Positions 27,735-38,332 are shown, numbered from the stretch's first letter. The stretch: 64,000 nucleotides of DNA from Pontimonas sp. (GCA_017857245.1 JAFMDO010000001.1:25713-89712), one strand, 5' to 3'. Notes: a model not told the origin generated them from the sequence alone. Made by a program: numbers and translations.

Positions 27735-28659
27735 CGGCAGGTGGTCGGAGTTTCGCGGTCCGCGGGTTATCACGGTTATCGACCACCATCCGATTGAGCG
27801 GGGGAATGTCGACCTGTCGCTGATCAAGGGAGTCTTTGAGAGCCCGATACAACGCTCGTTCCGCGGCCCACTGCTCTCCCGCGCGCACTTTGACCACAAG
27901 GCGCAGAGTGATGGCCTCCGCTGAAAGAGATTGAATTCCCCAGACTTCGGGGTCTTCCACCACTTTTCGTCGCCATTCGGGGGAAGCGGCAAAAGACTTG
28001 GCGGACTCTAGGAGGACATTTTGCATTTCGTCAATATTGGATTCGTAGGGAACGGGCAGGTCCAAGATCACCCGGGACCAATCCTGGGTGTGGTTTCCCA
28101 CCCGTAAGATTTCGCCATTACGAACAAACCACAAAGTTCCGGACACATCGCGTATTTCGGTGATGCGGATTCCGACCCGTTCAACAACGCCCTCGGCCAT
28201 GCCAAGGTCGACAACGTCACCCACTCCCAACTGGTCTTCGAACACCATGAACAAACCGTTTAGGACATCTTTGACAACAGATTGTGCGCCGAAGCCAAGG
28301 GCTGCGCCGATGATGCCAGCACTGGCAACGAGGGCTGTGACGGAGAAGCCCAGCTCGGACAATACCAAAATGAGGACGGTGGAGGCGATGATCCAGGTAG
28401 CGGTGTTGTTGAGGACCGAGCCGAGTGTTCGGGCTCTCTGAACCGATCGCATCGCTGCCACCGGGCTTGAACTGAGTTCGGTCGTGTCATCGACTTTATG
28501 TGTTTTCTTCACCCCGCGGACAACTTCAGCGACGATGCGCTTCATGAGAAAGCGGGTCACAATATTGGCGATAAGACCAGCAAGGAGGACACCGAGAATC
28601 CGAAACAACAGGGTGTATTGCTCGAAGGTTCCTGCTAGAGCGTCCCACCATGAATCCAT
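27727..28659 (-). CDS. Mechanosensitive ion channel family protein (MscS-like)
   Basis: TM helices, then GFGAQSVVKDVLNGLFMVFEDQLGVGDVVDLG...GVVERVGIRITEIRD, which is the MscS pore helix and beta domain. Confidence 0.85.
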   Translation of the reverse strand: MDSWWDALAGTFEQYTLLFRILGVLLAGLIANIVTRFLMKRIVAEVVRGVKKTHKVDDTTELSSSPVAAMRSVQRARTLGSVLNNTATWIIASTVLILVLSELGFSVTALVASAGIIGAALGFGAQSVVKDVLNGLFMVFEDQLGVGDVVDLGMAEGVVERVGIRITEIRDVSGTLWFVRNGEILRVGNHTQDWSRVILDLPVPYESNIDEMQNVLLESAKSFAASPEWRRKVVEDPEVWGIQSLSAEAITLRLVVKVRAGEQWAAERALYRALKDSLDQRQVDIPPLNRMVVDNRDNPRTAKLRPPADD

Positions 28660-28686
28660 GGCACCATGCTACGCCTGCGCATGCCG

Positions 28687-31233
28687 CTAACGGTCAAGGG
28701 CTTGGACTCGAAGTGCGCGCTCTACGCCCGCAAGGTTCTCCTCCACGATTCTCCTCAGCGCTGGAATCGCCGGCGCTCCGGCAAGCCATGCCTTCGATGC
28801 GGCAACCAGCGGCTCGCCAATAATGGAGCTGGGGTACAGGCCCTCGGCAAGGTACTCGGCAATCTTGTAGGTCCGTGATGCCCAGAGCTCCTCGAGGGCT
28901 TCAAAATACTGCCCGATAAACGGCTCCAAAGTCGTTGGGTCATGAGTAGCTGCGAAGCTCATTGACATCGCAGAAACGATGGCGTTTGGTGTCGAATCAG
29001 AGGCCACCAACTGGTCAAAAACCGCCTGCTTCGATGCCAAGGAGGGGAGAAGGGCGCGTGCTCGCGCTGCCGCCTGAGCGCCGTTGGCAGTGTTATCCGC
29101 TGCACGTTCGGCGTCAATCTCTTCGGCACTGCTTGCGCCGGAAATACTGAGCCCCGCGAGGAGTTCCCAACGAAGGTCCTGATCGATAGCCAGCCCCTCG
29201 AGAATAATGGCCCCGTCCAAGAGGCCCCGAAGCGTGCTCGCATGATTCGGAGTTGAGGAGAGCGAGGAAAAGGATTTCAGCAGCTGGAACTGAGTATCTG
29301 AACCGGGCGACGCAGAAGATGTGAGTCCCCACAACGCATCGGCAACCTCGACGAGCATCGTGGCGCGATGGGCCGGGGCGAGGTAGTTGCGCACCGTGAG
29401 AGAAAGTTGGCCGAGGCTGGTGCGAACTGTGGTGCTTTCGGTTTCGTGAGCGATATTTGCCAACACCAGGTCGATAAATGTCCGAGGGGGAATCTCGGCA
29501 TCCCGGGTCGAGTCCCACACGCTCCCCCACACCAGTGACCTTGCCAGCGGGTCAGCGATGTGTTTCAAGTTCTCGGTGGCGAACGCCAAGGAATCTGCGT
29601 CCAGACGGATCTTTGCGTAGGCCAAGTCCCCGTTGTTGGGAAGCACGAGGTCTCCGCGGTGCAGCCCCACGAGCGGAGGAATCTCGGTAGAGGCTCCATC
29701 GATGTCCAGCTCTATCGCCTCGGTAGCCACGAGTGCGCCAGAGTGGTCGGTGGAATAAATTCCCACGCCAATGCGGTGTGGTCGCAGGGTGGGCCAATCG
29801 ACCGGTGCAGATTGTGTCATTGCAGCCCGGGTAATGATTCCCTCGTCGTCGGTCTCGATATCGAGCGAGAGCGTGTTAACCCCAGCGGTTTCGAGCCACA
29901 CAGAGCTCCACCCAGCGAGCTCACGACCACTGGATTTCTCTAACTCCGCCAGGAAGTCTTTCAGGACGGCATTTCCCCATTGGTGGCGGGAAAAGTAATT
30001 TTGCACACCAGCAAAGAAGGCGTCCTCGCCTACCCAGGCAACCAGCTGTTTCAGGACAGAGGCGCCCTTGGCGTAGGTGATGCCATCAAAGTTCACCTGG
30101 ACATCTTCGATGTCGTTGATGGAGGCAACGATGGGGTGTGTAGAAGGAAGCTGGTCCTGGCGGTAGGCCCAAGATTTTTCCATCGCCTGGAAAGTTGTCC
30201 AGGCTCCTGTCCACTCCGTAGCCTCTGCTGTGGCGAGGGTGGAAGCCCACTCGGCAAAGGATTCGTTCAACCACAGGTCATTCCACCACCGCATCGTTAC
30301 CAAGTCGCCAAACCACATGTGAGCGAGTTCGTGAAGGATTGTCACGACTCGACGCTCTCGCAATGCATCAGAAACTTGAGAGCGGAAGATATAGGCCTCG
30401 GTGAAGGTCACAGCCCCCGCGTTTTCCATGGCGCCGGCGTTGAATTCTGGCGTGAAGATTTGGTCGTATTTGTCGAAGGGGTAAGGGTGACCAAACTTCT
30501 CTTCGTAAAAGGTAAAGCCCTTTTTTGTGGTGGCGAAAATGTAGTCGGCGTCCAAGTGGGGAAACAGCGAGGCTCGCGCGAACACGCCTAGCGGAATGGT
30601 TTTGCCGCTTGAGGACACGAGTTCGTCAGAGACCTGCTCGTAGGGGCCGGCGATGACAGCGGTGATGTAGGAGGAGATGCGCGGAGTGGGAGAGAAGAAC
30701 CAGGTGGCGCCACCCTCGCCGGCTTTGGAGCTTTCAGCAGCTTGATTAGAGATCACGCGCCAATGGCCAGGGGCGTGGACAGTGAATTGGAAGGTCGCCT
30801 TCAGGTCGGGTTGTTCAAAAACGGCAAACACCCGACGAGAGTCGGGGACTTCGAATTGGGAGTAGAGATATACCTCGTTGTCCACCGGGTCAACAAAACG
30901 GTGGAGCCCCTCGCCCGTGTTCATATAGGCGAAATCAGCCTCAACTATCAGGGTGTTATTGGCGAGAAGGTTCGTCAGGGAAATACGAGAATCAGCAAAT
31001 ACGTCTTCGGGGTTCAGAGATTCTCCATTGAGGGTGATCGAATGAACTGCGGAAGCAATTGCGTCAACAAAGGTTTCTTTCTCTCCCTCGGAGACAAAGG
31101 TAATTTTCGTGATCGTCCGAAAAGTGGGCGACGTCAAAGCGTCACGAACATCGATGTCAATGGCATAGGACCTGACGGTGATGTGTCCTGAACGGGCGAG
31201 GGCCTCGCGGCGAGTCAGGTTTTTTCCAGGCAT
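28687..31233 (-). CDS. pepN: Aminopeptidase N (M1 family)
   Basis: The start at 31233 gives MPGKNLTRREA. Contains GAMENAG, the HELAHMWFGDLV zinc motif and WLNESFAEW. Length is 848 aa. Confidence 0.95.
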   Translation of the reverse strand: MPGKNLTRREALARSGHITVRSYAIDIDVRDALTSPTFRTITKITFVSEGEKETFVDAIASAVHSITLNGESLNPEDVFADSRISLTNLLANNTLIVEADFAYMNTGEGLHRFVDPVDNEVYLYSQFEVPDSRRVFAVFEQPDLKATFQFTVHAPGHWRVISNQAAESSKAGEGGATWFFSPTPRISSYITAVIAGPYEQVSDELVSSSGKTIPLGVFARASLFPHLDADYIFATTKKGFTFYEEKFGHPYPFDKYDQIFTPEFNAGAMENAGAVTFTEAYIFRSQVSDALRERRVVTILHELAHMWFGDLVTMRWWNDLWLNESFAEWASTLATAEATEWTGAWTTFQAMEKSWAYRQDQLPSTHPIVASINDIEDVQVNFDGITYAKGASVLKQLVAWVGEDAFFAGVQNYFSRHQWGNAVLKDFLAELEKSSGRELAGWSSVWLETAGVNTLSLDIETDDEGIITRAAMTQSAPVDWPTLRPHRIGVGIYSTDHSGALVATEAIELDIDGASTEIPPLVGLHRGDLVLPNNGDLAYAKIRLDADSLAFATENLKHIADPLARSLVWGSVWDSTRDAEIPPRTFIDLVLANIAHETESTTVRTSLGQLSLTVRNYLAPAHRATMLVEVADALWGLTSSASPGSDTQFQLLKSFSSLSSTPNHASTLRGLLDGAIILEGLAIDQDLRWELLAGLSISGASSAEEIDAERAADNTANGAQAAARARALLPSLASKQAVFDQLVASDSTPNAIVSAMSMSFAATHDPTTLEPFIGQYFEALEELWASRTYKIAEYLAEGLYPSSIIGEPLVAASKAWLAGAPAIPALRRIVEENLAGVERALRVQALDR

Positions 31234-31601
31234 GGCGGAACTCCTTGATAGTGCTGGGTGTGAGCACGCCCCTACGAGCGGTGACCTCCAGTGTAAAACC
31301 TCCCGCAAGAACTGAAGACTAGGCCGCCCTGGTCTCCGCATCGACGGTCACGGGCCGTGCTTCCGCCGGGATGTCTTCCTGGGTTGCTCCGCGACTAATA
31401 AGGACCTAGCTTCACTGGCAAGTTTCGGCGGGGGAACCATCGTGATTCCCACTCAACCGGGGTCACGGCTTGGCGTACGCGTTGTAAGTATTCGGTCAGG
31501 TATCCGTTTTAGCGATGAATATCGCTCAACATGCTCCCGGCGTCACACAGCATGTCTTCTTCAAGGTCTTCGGTGTCGCGCGAGATTTATAGAATGGAGG
31601 T

Positions 31602-32090
31602 ATGCGCATTCATATCGCCACGGACCATGCAGGTCTGGAGTTCAGTCAAGATCTTGCCGAGCACCTCGAGCTTTCCGGTCACGAGGTGATCAATCACGGG
31701 CCGACCAGTGTCAATCCACTCGATGATTATCCGAGTTTTTGTATCAATGCAGCTCTCGGAGTTGCGGAAGACCTTTCCCGGGGGGCTCCTGCACTAGGGG
31801 TCGTTTTTGGAGGCTCTGGAAACGGGGAACAAATGGCTGCCAACAAGGTTGAAGGGGTGCGGGCTGCTTTGGTGTGGAGCATGAATACCGCCGTCCTCGC
31901 TCGCGAACATAACGACGCCAACGTGTGCGCCATTGGCGCTCGCCAACACAGCATTGATGAAGCCTTGCTGTTCATCGACACCTTTATTCGCACGCCCTTC
32001 AGTGGCGACGAACGACACGCGCGACGCATCGCGCAGATAAAAGAATACGAAACAACCCGAGCCATTGCCGGTTTCTCCTTGGGACACTAA
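31602..32090 (+). CDS. rpiB: Ribose-5-phosphate isomerase B
   Basis: Contains MRIHIATDHAGLEF, GVVFGGSGNGEQMAANKV and ARQHS. Confidence 0.9.
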   Translation: MRIHIATDHAGLEFSQDLAEHLELSGHEVINHGPTSVNPLDDYPSFCINAALGVAEDLSRGAPALGVVFGGSGNGEQMAANKVEGVRAALVWSMNTAVLAREHNDANVCAIGARQHSIDEALLFIDTFIRTPFSGDERHARRIAQIKEYETTRAIAGFSLGH

Positions 32091-32096
32091 CTCCGC

Positions 32097-33014
32097 ATGC
32101 CCGAGGGTCACACCGTTCACCGGGTTGCCAACCTATTTTCGGAACTTTTCCTGGGGCGAGCCCTTGAAGCCGAGTCACCCCAGGGTCGCTTCAGCGCAGG
32201 CGCAACTCTTCTCTCAGGTGCGATTCTTGTCACGTCGCAGGCGGTCGGGAAACAGCTCTTTCTTGGGTTCGATAACGACGCAGTCCTGCGGGTGCACCTG
32301 GGAATCTATGGCGCATGGGATGTTACGACGCTGGCCGGGAACAGCGCTCGGGCAGGGTCCGCAGCAGCCTCCTCGTTAGGCGCGCCTCGCTCGACCAGGC
32401 AGCGAATCGCTGAATCTGACTCGCTGAGCGATCCCGATGAACCTTTTCCTCCGGCACCCAGGGGACAGGTGCGCTTGCGTTTGGAAACACCCGACGCTGT
32501 CGCAGACTTGCGGGGCCCGACGGCGTGTGAGGTGCTTACCCCGGAGCAGGCCCAGCAGGTGAGGGAGCGTTTAGGACCCGACCCGTTAGTGAACACGGGA
32601 GTTCGAGGTGAGCGGGAATTCGTCCGCCGCGTGGGCGCAACCAAACGCGCCATTGGCTTGGTTCTAATGGACCAGAGTGTGGTCAGTGGCATTGGCAATG
32701 TGTATCGCGCAGAGATCCTGTTTCGCCACGGATTAGACCCCCACCGCCCTGCCGCAGCCCTGGATACAGACACCGCCCGAGCGCTCTGGAAAGACTGGAC
32801 ACAGCTGTTGAAGAGGGGAGTAAGAACCGGGGTGATGATGACCAGGGATGATCTCACTGCGGCTCAACAGGCCTCGGCGCTTCGCTCTTCGGCCAACCGC
32901 TATTTTGTGTATAAACGAGAGGGTCGTCCCTGCCGGGCCTGCGGCACTGCGGTCTTGCTGGAAATGATGGCCGCTCGAAAACTCTATTACTGCCCCTCCT
33001 GTCAGACTTCGTGA
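32097..33014 (+). CDS. nei: Fpg/Nei-family DNA glycosylase (endonuclease VIII-like)
   Basis: The N-terminus is MPEGHTV (catalytic Pro2/Glu3). Contains the H2TH region GIGNVYRAEILF and a C-terminal zinc finger CRACG...YYCPSCQ. Confidence 0.85.
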   Translation: MPEGHTVHRVANLFSELFLGRALEAESPQGRFSAGATLLSGAILVTSQAVGKQLFLGFDNDAVLRVHLGIYGAWDVTTLAGNSARAGSAAASSLGAPRSTRQRIAESDSLSDPDEPFPPAPRGQVRLRLETPDAVADLRGPTACEVLTPEQAQQVRERLGPDPLVNTGVRGEREFVRRVGATKRAIGLVLMDQSVVSGIGNVYRAEILFRHGLDPHRPAAALDTDTARALWKDWTQLLKRGVRTGVMMTRDDLTAAQQASALRSSANRYFVYKREGRPCRACGTAVLLEMMAARKLYYCPSCQTS

Positions 33015-33024
33015 AAGTAGCGCC

Positions 33025-34536
33025 ATGATTCTCTCCCGCGTCATCCGTGATTCTCACCGCGAAGAGGGCGCTGTGGACATCCTTGTCGAGGATGGTGTCA
33101 TCACAGGGATATTTCCTGCCGGCACCGCCACACCGGCGGACCACCGTGTCATCGACCTCGATGGCCGAATCGTGATTCCCGGTTTGTGGGATGAACACGT
33201 GCACTTTAGCTTTTGGTCACAACACCGCAAAAGGGTCTCTCTTGCCTCTGCCACTTCAGCAGCGCAGGCTGTTGCCCTGATGGCCCAAGCTGTGGCCGAG
33301 AACCTCGCCTCCCCAGAACCTGATCCAGTGGTTATTGGTGGGGAGTATCGAGATGGCTTGTGGAAGGACTCGAAGTCCCTCGTGCTCCTGGATGAAGCCA
33401 CCGGGGACAACCCGGTGGCTTTGGCTTCGGTTGATGTGCATTCGGGTTGGCTGAACAGCGCCGCTCTGTCCCTTCTTCAGGTGACCGAGCACGACGAACA
33501 GGGCGTTATTCGAGAGCGCCCCTGGTTCCAGCTCACGCAGCGTCTGTCCGCGAACTCTGAGGCAACTCTGGATGGCTGGGTGCTGGAGGCCGCCCACGAT
33601 GCCGCATCCCGCGGAGTCGTGGGGATTGTTGACTTTGAAATGGGGTATTCCCTGCCGGATTGGGTCCGGCGGCAAGCATCCAACGAGGGCCCCTATCCGC
33701 TGCAAGTGGAGGCGGCGGTCTATCCCGATGATCTTGAGCGGGCGCTGGCGGAGGGAATGACCAGTGGCGTGAAGCTGGGTGAAGCAATTACGGTGGGGCC
33801 ATTCAAGATCATCACAGATGGGTCTCTCAACACGCGCACCGCGCACTGCGTGGAGCCCTATCTCGCCGTGGAGGGCGAAGAGTATGGCGCCATGAACTTT
33901 CCGCCCCAGGAAATTGAGGCACTTCTCACGAAGGCGCACGCCGCAGGATTTTGGCTGGCCGTTCATGCCATTGGCGATGAAGCCAACCGGATTATTTTGA
34001 ACATCATTGAACGTCACCACCTCACTGGGCGCATTGAGCACGCACAGCTGGTGCGCGAGGCAGATTTCTCGCGGTTTGCATCGCTTGGCATCATCGCCAG
34101 TGTTCAACCCGAACACGCGATCGATGATCGCGATGTGACAGACGTGTACTGGGCTGATCGAGCAGATCGTGCATTTGCGCTTCGCACCCTTGTGGATAGT
34201 GGTGCCACCTTGGCATTGGGCTCGGACGCTCCGGTGTCCCCGCTGGATCCATGGATTGAAATTGCCGCTGCGGTGACGAGAACCAGAGATGGCCGCGCGC
34301 CCTGGCACCTAGCGGGAGGATTGAGCTTTGATGAAGCGCTGGATTCTTCCGCACGAACCACCCTGGAGGTGGGACAACCAGCCAATATTGTTGCCCTCGA
34401 AGCCGACCCACGGTGGCTTCTGGAAGCCCTCGGACCAGATATGCCAAAGGCCAGTGATGCGCTCCGGGGGATGGGTATTGCGCTAACGGTGAGCAGGGGA
34501 GTCGTCACCCACGACAACTCGCAAAAGAGGGGATGA
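33025..34536 (+). CDS. Amidohydrolase-family metal-dependent hydrolase (YtcJ-like)
   Basis: Contains IPGLWDEHVHF (metal-binding HxH), AVHAIGD, IEHAQL and LGSDAPV. Confidence 0.8.
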   Translation: MILSRVIRDSHREEGAVDILVEDGVITGIFPAGTATPADHRVIDLDGRIVIPGLWDEHVHFSFWSQHRKRVSLASATSAAQAVALMAQAVAENLASPEPDPVVIGGEYRDGLWKDSKSLVLLDEATGDNPVALASVDVHSGWLNSAALSLLQVTEHDEQGVIRERPWFQLTQRLSANSEATLDGWVLEAAHDAASRGVVGIVDFEMGYSLPDWVRRQASNEGPYPLQVEAAVYPDDLERALAEGMTSGVKLGEAITVGPFKIITDGSLNTRTAHCVEPYLAVEGEEYGAMNFPPQEIEALLTKAHAAGFWLAVHAIGDEANRIILNIIERHHLTGRIEHAQLVREADFSRFASLGIIASVQPEHAIDDRDVTDVYWADRADRAFALRTLVDSGATLALGSDAPVSPLDPWIEIAAAVTRTRDGRAPWHLAGGLSFDEALDSSARTTLEVGQPANIVALEADPRWLLEALGPDMPKASDALRGMGIALTVSRGVVTHDNSQKRG

Positions 34537-34598
34537 CGGGAATCGAACCCGCGCCATCAGTTTGGAAAACTGAGGCTCTACCATTGAGCTACATCCCC
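34528..34598 (-). tRNA. tRNA-Gly (anticodon TCC)
   Basis: The reverse complement folds as a cloverleaf. The acceptor is GGGGATG/CATCCCC and the D arm is GCTC-AATGGTA-GAGC. The anticodon arm is TCAGT-TTTCCAA-ACTGA and the T arm is GCGGG-TTCGATT-CCCGT. Confidence 0.85.
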
Positions 34599-34744
34599 GC
34601 AGGGAACTTCTTCAGCCTCGATGTTAGCGCATCGGCTGACGACCGGTTTTCGAAAGACGGGGAACCGGCTAGACTCTACGAGGTTGTTTCACCGGGTGCG
34701 GCTCTCCAGGCTGTGCCCCGCAAAGGTGGAATGTGCCGGGCCAT

Positions 34745-34818
34745 CGGGGCGTAGCTCAGCTTGGTAGAGCGCCCGCTTTGGGAGCGGGAAGTCGCAGGTT
34801 CGAATCCTGTCGCCCCGA
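34745..34818 (+). tRNA. tRNA-Pro (anticodon TGG)
   Basis: The acceptor is CGGGGCG/CGCCCCG and the D arm is GCTC-AGCTTGGTA-GAGC. The anticodon arm is CCCGC-TTTGGGA-GCGGG and the T arm is GCAGG-TTCGAAT-CCTGT. Confidence 0.9.
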
Positions 34819-34853
34819 CGGAGAACACCATCACAACAACGGGAGAAAAAGTT

Positions 34854-36203
34854 TTGCCAACGACCACCAAAGAATCCCTCAGTCCCACCCGGGTCCGCCT
34901 CACCATCACGGTGACACCGGAAGAGCTGAAGCCAAGCCTCGACCATGCATATCAGCACATCGCCGAGGAAATGAACATCCCGGGTTTCCGTAAAGGCAAG
35001 GTTCCACCCCCCATCATCGACCAGCGCGTCGGTCGCGGTGAAGTTCTCAACCACGCCGTGAGCGAGGGCCTCGATCGCTATTTCCAGGCCGCCGTCCAGG
35101 AAGAAAAGATTCGCACTCTCGGTCAGCCCCAGGCTGACGTCACCACGTGGCCGTCAGACAAAGATTTCTCCGGTGACTTGGTGGTGTCCGTTGAGGTCGA
35201 CGTGCGTCCAGATTTCACCTTGCCCGCCTTTGCCAAGTACACCCTCGAGGTCGAGCCGGTTGTCGTGTCGAAAGAAGACGTTGAGTCAGATTTGGATGAT
35301 CTGCGGGCTCGCTTTGGTAACCTGGTGACGATCGATCGTCCCATCAAGACGGGCGATTTCGTCCAGATTGACCTGGAAGCCACCATCGGTGAAAACACGA
35401 TTGATAGCGCGAGCTCGATTAGCTATGAGGTGGGCTCCGGACAGCTCATCGACGGAATCGATGATGCCCTGGACACTCTCACCGCTGGTGAATCAACCAC
35501 GTTTGAATCGAAGCTTTTGGGGGGCGATAACGAAGGTTCGATGGCTCAGATTGCTCTCACGGTATTGAGCGTCAAGGAACGTGAATTGCCCGAGGCTGAT
35601 GACGACTTTGCGCAAATTGCGAGCCAATTCGACACCATCAAAGAACTTCGTGACGACGTAGCAGCCCAAGTAGAGCGCCGTGGAGTGTTCAAGCAGGCGC
35701 AGCAAGCCCGCGACGCACTCGTGGAAAAGATGCTTGGCGACATTGACCTGCCACTTCCCCAAGGGGTGGTGGATGCGGAGGTCAACAGACACCTCGAGGG
35801 CGAAAACCGCTTGGACGATGATGTTCACCGCAAGGAAGTAATTGAGTCGACGGAGAAGTCCCTCCGAAGCCAGCTCATGCTGGATGCTCTAGTGGAATCG
35901 CTTGAGGTCGAGGTTGGTCAAGAGGAGCTCACTCAGTATCTGATGCAGTCCGCGAGCCAGTACGGCATGGAACCCTCGGAGTTCATCCAGAGCTTGCAAG
36001 AGAACAATCAGATTCCTTCGATGGTCGGAGAAGTGGCCCGTTCGAAGTCGCTCTCCGTCGCTTTGGCCCAGGTGAGCGTGAAGGACACCAAGGGCAAGAA
36101 GGTTGACCTCAGCAGCGTCACCAACACCGGCGAAGATTCTGTCGAGGCAGCAATCGCGCAGGCTGTTGCAGACAGCTCTGGGGAAGACGACCACGACCAC
36201 TAA
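34854..36203 (+). CDS. tig: Trigger factor
   Basis: A TTG at 34854 is preceded by GGGAGA. The protein reads ..[45 protein letters not shown], the trigger factor N-terminal signature. The ORF-track start at 34761 lies inside tRNA-Pro. Confidence 0.9.
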   Translation: MPTTTKESLSPTRVRLTITVTPEELKPSLDHAYQHIAEEMNIPGFRKGKVPPPIIDQRVGRGEVLNHAVSEGLDRYFQAAVQEEKIRTLGQPQADVTTWPSDKDFSGDLVVSVEVDVRPDFTLPAFAKYTLEVEPVVVSKEDVESDLDDLRARFGNLVTIDRPIKTGDFVQIDLEATIGENTIDSASSISYEVGSGQLIDGIDDALDTLTAGESTTFESKLLGGDNEGSMAQIALTVLSVKERELPEADDDFAQIASQFDTIKELRDDVAAQVERRGVFKQAQQARDALVEKMLGDIDLPLPQGVVDAEVNRHLEGENRLDDDVHRKEVIESTEKSLRSQLMLDALVESLEVEVGQEELTQYLMQSASQYGMEPSEFIQSLQENNQIPSMVGEVARSKSLSVALAQVSVKDTKGKKVDLSSVTNTGEDSVEAAIAQAVADSSGEDDHDH

Positions 36204-36275
36204 GCCCACTCTGCCGAGGGCGAACACGCGCGTGTGTGAATCGCCCGCACCGGTACTCTCGAGGGACCGCGCAAG

Positions 36276-36902
36276 TTGGCCATGGAGGAGAGCAACAAAG
36301 TGACGATGTCTGAAAGCATGATGCAACCAAATGTCTTTGACCGGTTGCTGAAAGATCGCATCATTTGGCTGGGTTCTGAGGTTCGCGATGACAACGCAAA
36401 CGAAATCGCAGCGAAGCTTCTGCTGCTTGCCGCAGAGGACCCTGAAAAGGACATCTATCTCTACATCAACTCTCCCGGTGGCTCCATCACCGCGGGTATG
36501 GCGATTTATGACACCATGCAGTTTGTCCCTAATGACATCGTGACCGTTGGTATCGGAATGGCGGCTTCGATGGGTCAGTTGCTCCTTACCGCTGGAACCA
36601 AGGGAAAGCGCTACATCACCCCTAACGCGCGTGTTCTTCTCCACCAACCGCACGGCGGCTTCGGTGGCACGGCGAGCGATATTCAAACTCAGGCGCACCT
36701 CATCAACGATATGAAGAAGCGGCTCGCTCAAATCACGGCCGAGGCAACCGGCAAGACTTTGGAACAAATTACCGAAGACGGCGACCGTGATCGTTGGTTT
36801 AGTGCAGATGAAGCCCTGGAATATGGATTTGTTGATCACATCCGCGCTTCCGCCAGCGACGTTGTTGGCGGCGGCGGAACCGAGCAGGGCAAGAAGAAGT
36901 AG
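36276..36902 (+). CDS. clpP1: ATP-dependent Clp protease proteolytic subunit 1
   Basis: Contains [28 protein letters not shown] and GMAASMG (catalytic Ser). The start may be the ATG at 36282 rather than the TTG at 36276. Confidence 0.9.
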   Translation: MAMEESNKVTMSESMMQPNVFDRLLKDRIIWLGSEVRDDNANEIAAKLLLLAAEDPEKDIYLYINSPGGSITAGMAIYDTMQFVPNDIVTVGIGMAASMGQLLLTAGTKGKRYITPNARVLLHQPHGGFGGTASDIQTQAHLINDMKKRLAQITAEATGKTLEQITEDGDRDRWFSADEALEYGFVDHIRASASDVVGGGGTEQGKKK

Positions 36903-36913
36903 GCAGGACAGAG

Positions 36914-37606
36914 ATGATGAACAATATTCCTACGGCTCGTTCCGAGTTCCCGATGCCGGAAGCTCGCTACATTCTGCCCACCTTCGAAGAGCGCACCAGC
37001 TACGGTTTCAAGCGCCAGGACCCCTACGCGAAGCTCTTTGAAGACCGCATCGTCTTCCTCGGTGTTCAGGTCGATGACGCTTCAGCTGATGACGTGATGG
37101 CACAACTATTGGTTCTAGAAAGCCAGGATCCCGACCGCGACATTGTGATGTATATCAATTCACCAGGTGGTTCGTTTACTGCGATGACGGCGATCTACGA
37201 CACCATGCAGTACGTCCGTCCGCAGATTCAGACGGTTGTCCTCGGTCAAGCCGCATCCGCAGCTGCTGTGATTTTGGCCGGCGGCGAGCCCGGGAAGCGT
37301 TTGGCGTTGCCTAACTCTCGCGTGCTGATCCACCAGCCCATGATGGGGGAAGCAGGCCGCGGTCAGGCCTCAGATATTGAGATTCAAGCAAAAGAAATCG
37401 CCCGCTTGCGCGAGTGGCTGGAGGACACACTGTCCAAGCACTCGAACAAGAGCACCGAGGAAGTCCACCGGGACATTGACCGCGACAAAATTTTGACCGC
37501 GGATGAGGCACTGGAATACGGTCTAATCGACCAGGTGTTGAACACCCGGAAATCTGCAGGTGTGGCAACCCCCGCTGCCGGACCAGCCGCTGTTACCGCG
37601 GGTTAG
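36914..37606 (+). CDS. clpP2: ATP-dependent Clp protease proteolytic subunit 2
   Basis: Contains [39 protein letters not shown] and IHQP. Confidence 0.9.
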   Translation: MMNNIPTARSEFPMPEARYILPTFEERTSYGFKRQDPYAKLFEDRIVFLGVQVDDASADDVMAQLLVLESQDPDRDIVMYINSPGGSFTAMTAIYDTMQYVRPQIQTVVLGQAASAAAVILAGGEPGKRLALPNSRVLIHQPMMGEAGRGQASDIEIQAKEIARLREWLEDTLSKHSNKSTEEVHRDIDRDKILTADEALEYGLIDQVLNTRKSAGVATPAAGPAAVTAG

Positions 37607-38222
37607 TGGGATGGGGGCGTCCCCGCCTCGAGTACTCGAGAAGGGTGAGGGCCAGGGCGGTCACGCCGATTCCTAAGCCTATGATCCAGCCGTTGGCGGC
37701 CATTGACTCCTCGGTCACCGCGTCATCGGGGGCGACAACGCCAACCTCGATGTCTTGAGTGGGGGCCGCAATCTCCCCTCCGCATGCCGGAGCAGTGGAA
37801 GATCCCTGCGCTGCAGCGTGATCATTTTCTGGGGCGAAGGTGACCTCATAGCTCTCGGAGAGACTGTGCCCATCTGCTGAGACAAACTGGTAGAGGATCG
37901 TATAGACGCCGGGTTGCCCCAAATCGATTCGGGAATGAATGCGCCGCTGCGTCAGATCGACGCATCCGTCGCCGAAATACAGGCCGGAGCTATCCCGCAC
38001 AGCAATCGCAAACCCGCGGCTTTTGCCTCCCAGGTCGAGGAAATCACTATCGGTGGCGATGGAGACTTCCATGGGGCTTTCCGTCACGACCGAATAGGGC
38101 GAAGGCGTTCTGTTTTCCACCACGTTGTGGGCGAGCGCAGGTGGGGCGACCCCAACAAGCAAGAGGGCGAGAATGGCAGATAGAGAATATCTGCGCGTTT
38201 GCGCCGGCGGGAGAGTCCTCAC
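37593..38222 (-). CDS. CopC-domain protein with a C-terminal membrane anchor
   Basis: The signal peptide [22 protein letters not shown] is followed by [30 protein letters not shown], a CopC-type His1 start with the P..........P..V pattern. Also contains SADGHSL and a C-terminal TM helix. The start is uncertain; GTG at 38222 is proposed. Confidence 0.7.
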   Translation of the reverse strand: MRTLPPAQTRRYSLSAILALLLVGVAPPALAHNVVENRTPSPYSVVTESPMEVSIATDSDFLDLGGKSRGFAIAVRDSSGLYFGDGCVDLTQRRIHSRIDLGQPGVYTILYQFVSADGHSLSESYEVTFAPENDHAAAQGSSTAPACGGEIAAPTQDIEVGVVAPDDAVTEESMAANGWIIGLGIGVTALALTLLEYSRRGRPHPTNPR

Positions 38223-38332
38223 GGTTCCCCAGTGTATTCCCGCCACGCCAAGGGGGAGCTGTGGAAAATCCCTGAGCTGGAGGTGGTCAAAGGTAAGCTC
38301 CAAAGGGTTGTCTCCACACAGGAAGGACTCCC

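Noticed and set aside
31234-31601. An unusually long (~370 nt) divergent intergenic region between pepN and rpiB. I examined it for a riboswitch, an sRNA or a small ORF, including the 94-aa ORF at 31442-31726.
   Set aside because: I recognised no known riboswitch core. The 94-aa ORF overlaps rpiB out of frame and is Arg/Cys/Ser-rich. Only a short AGCGAT-GAAT-ATCGCT hairpin is present. I cannot support a call without covariation data.
33256-34308. A 350-aa minus-strand ORF antisense to the amidohydrolase gene.
   Set aside because: It is a typical high-GC antisense artefact with a Arg/Gly/His/Cys-rich, motif-free translation. The plus-strand frame carries clear amidohydrolase metal-binding motifs.
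35889-36839. A 316-aa minus-strand ORF spanning the tig 3' end and clpP1.
   Set aside because: It crosses an intergenic region and two unambiguous plus-strand genes. The translation is not protein-like.
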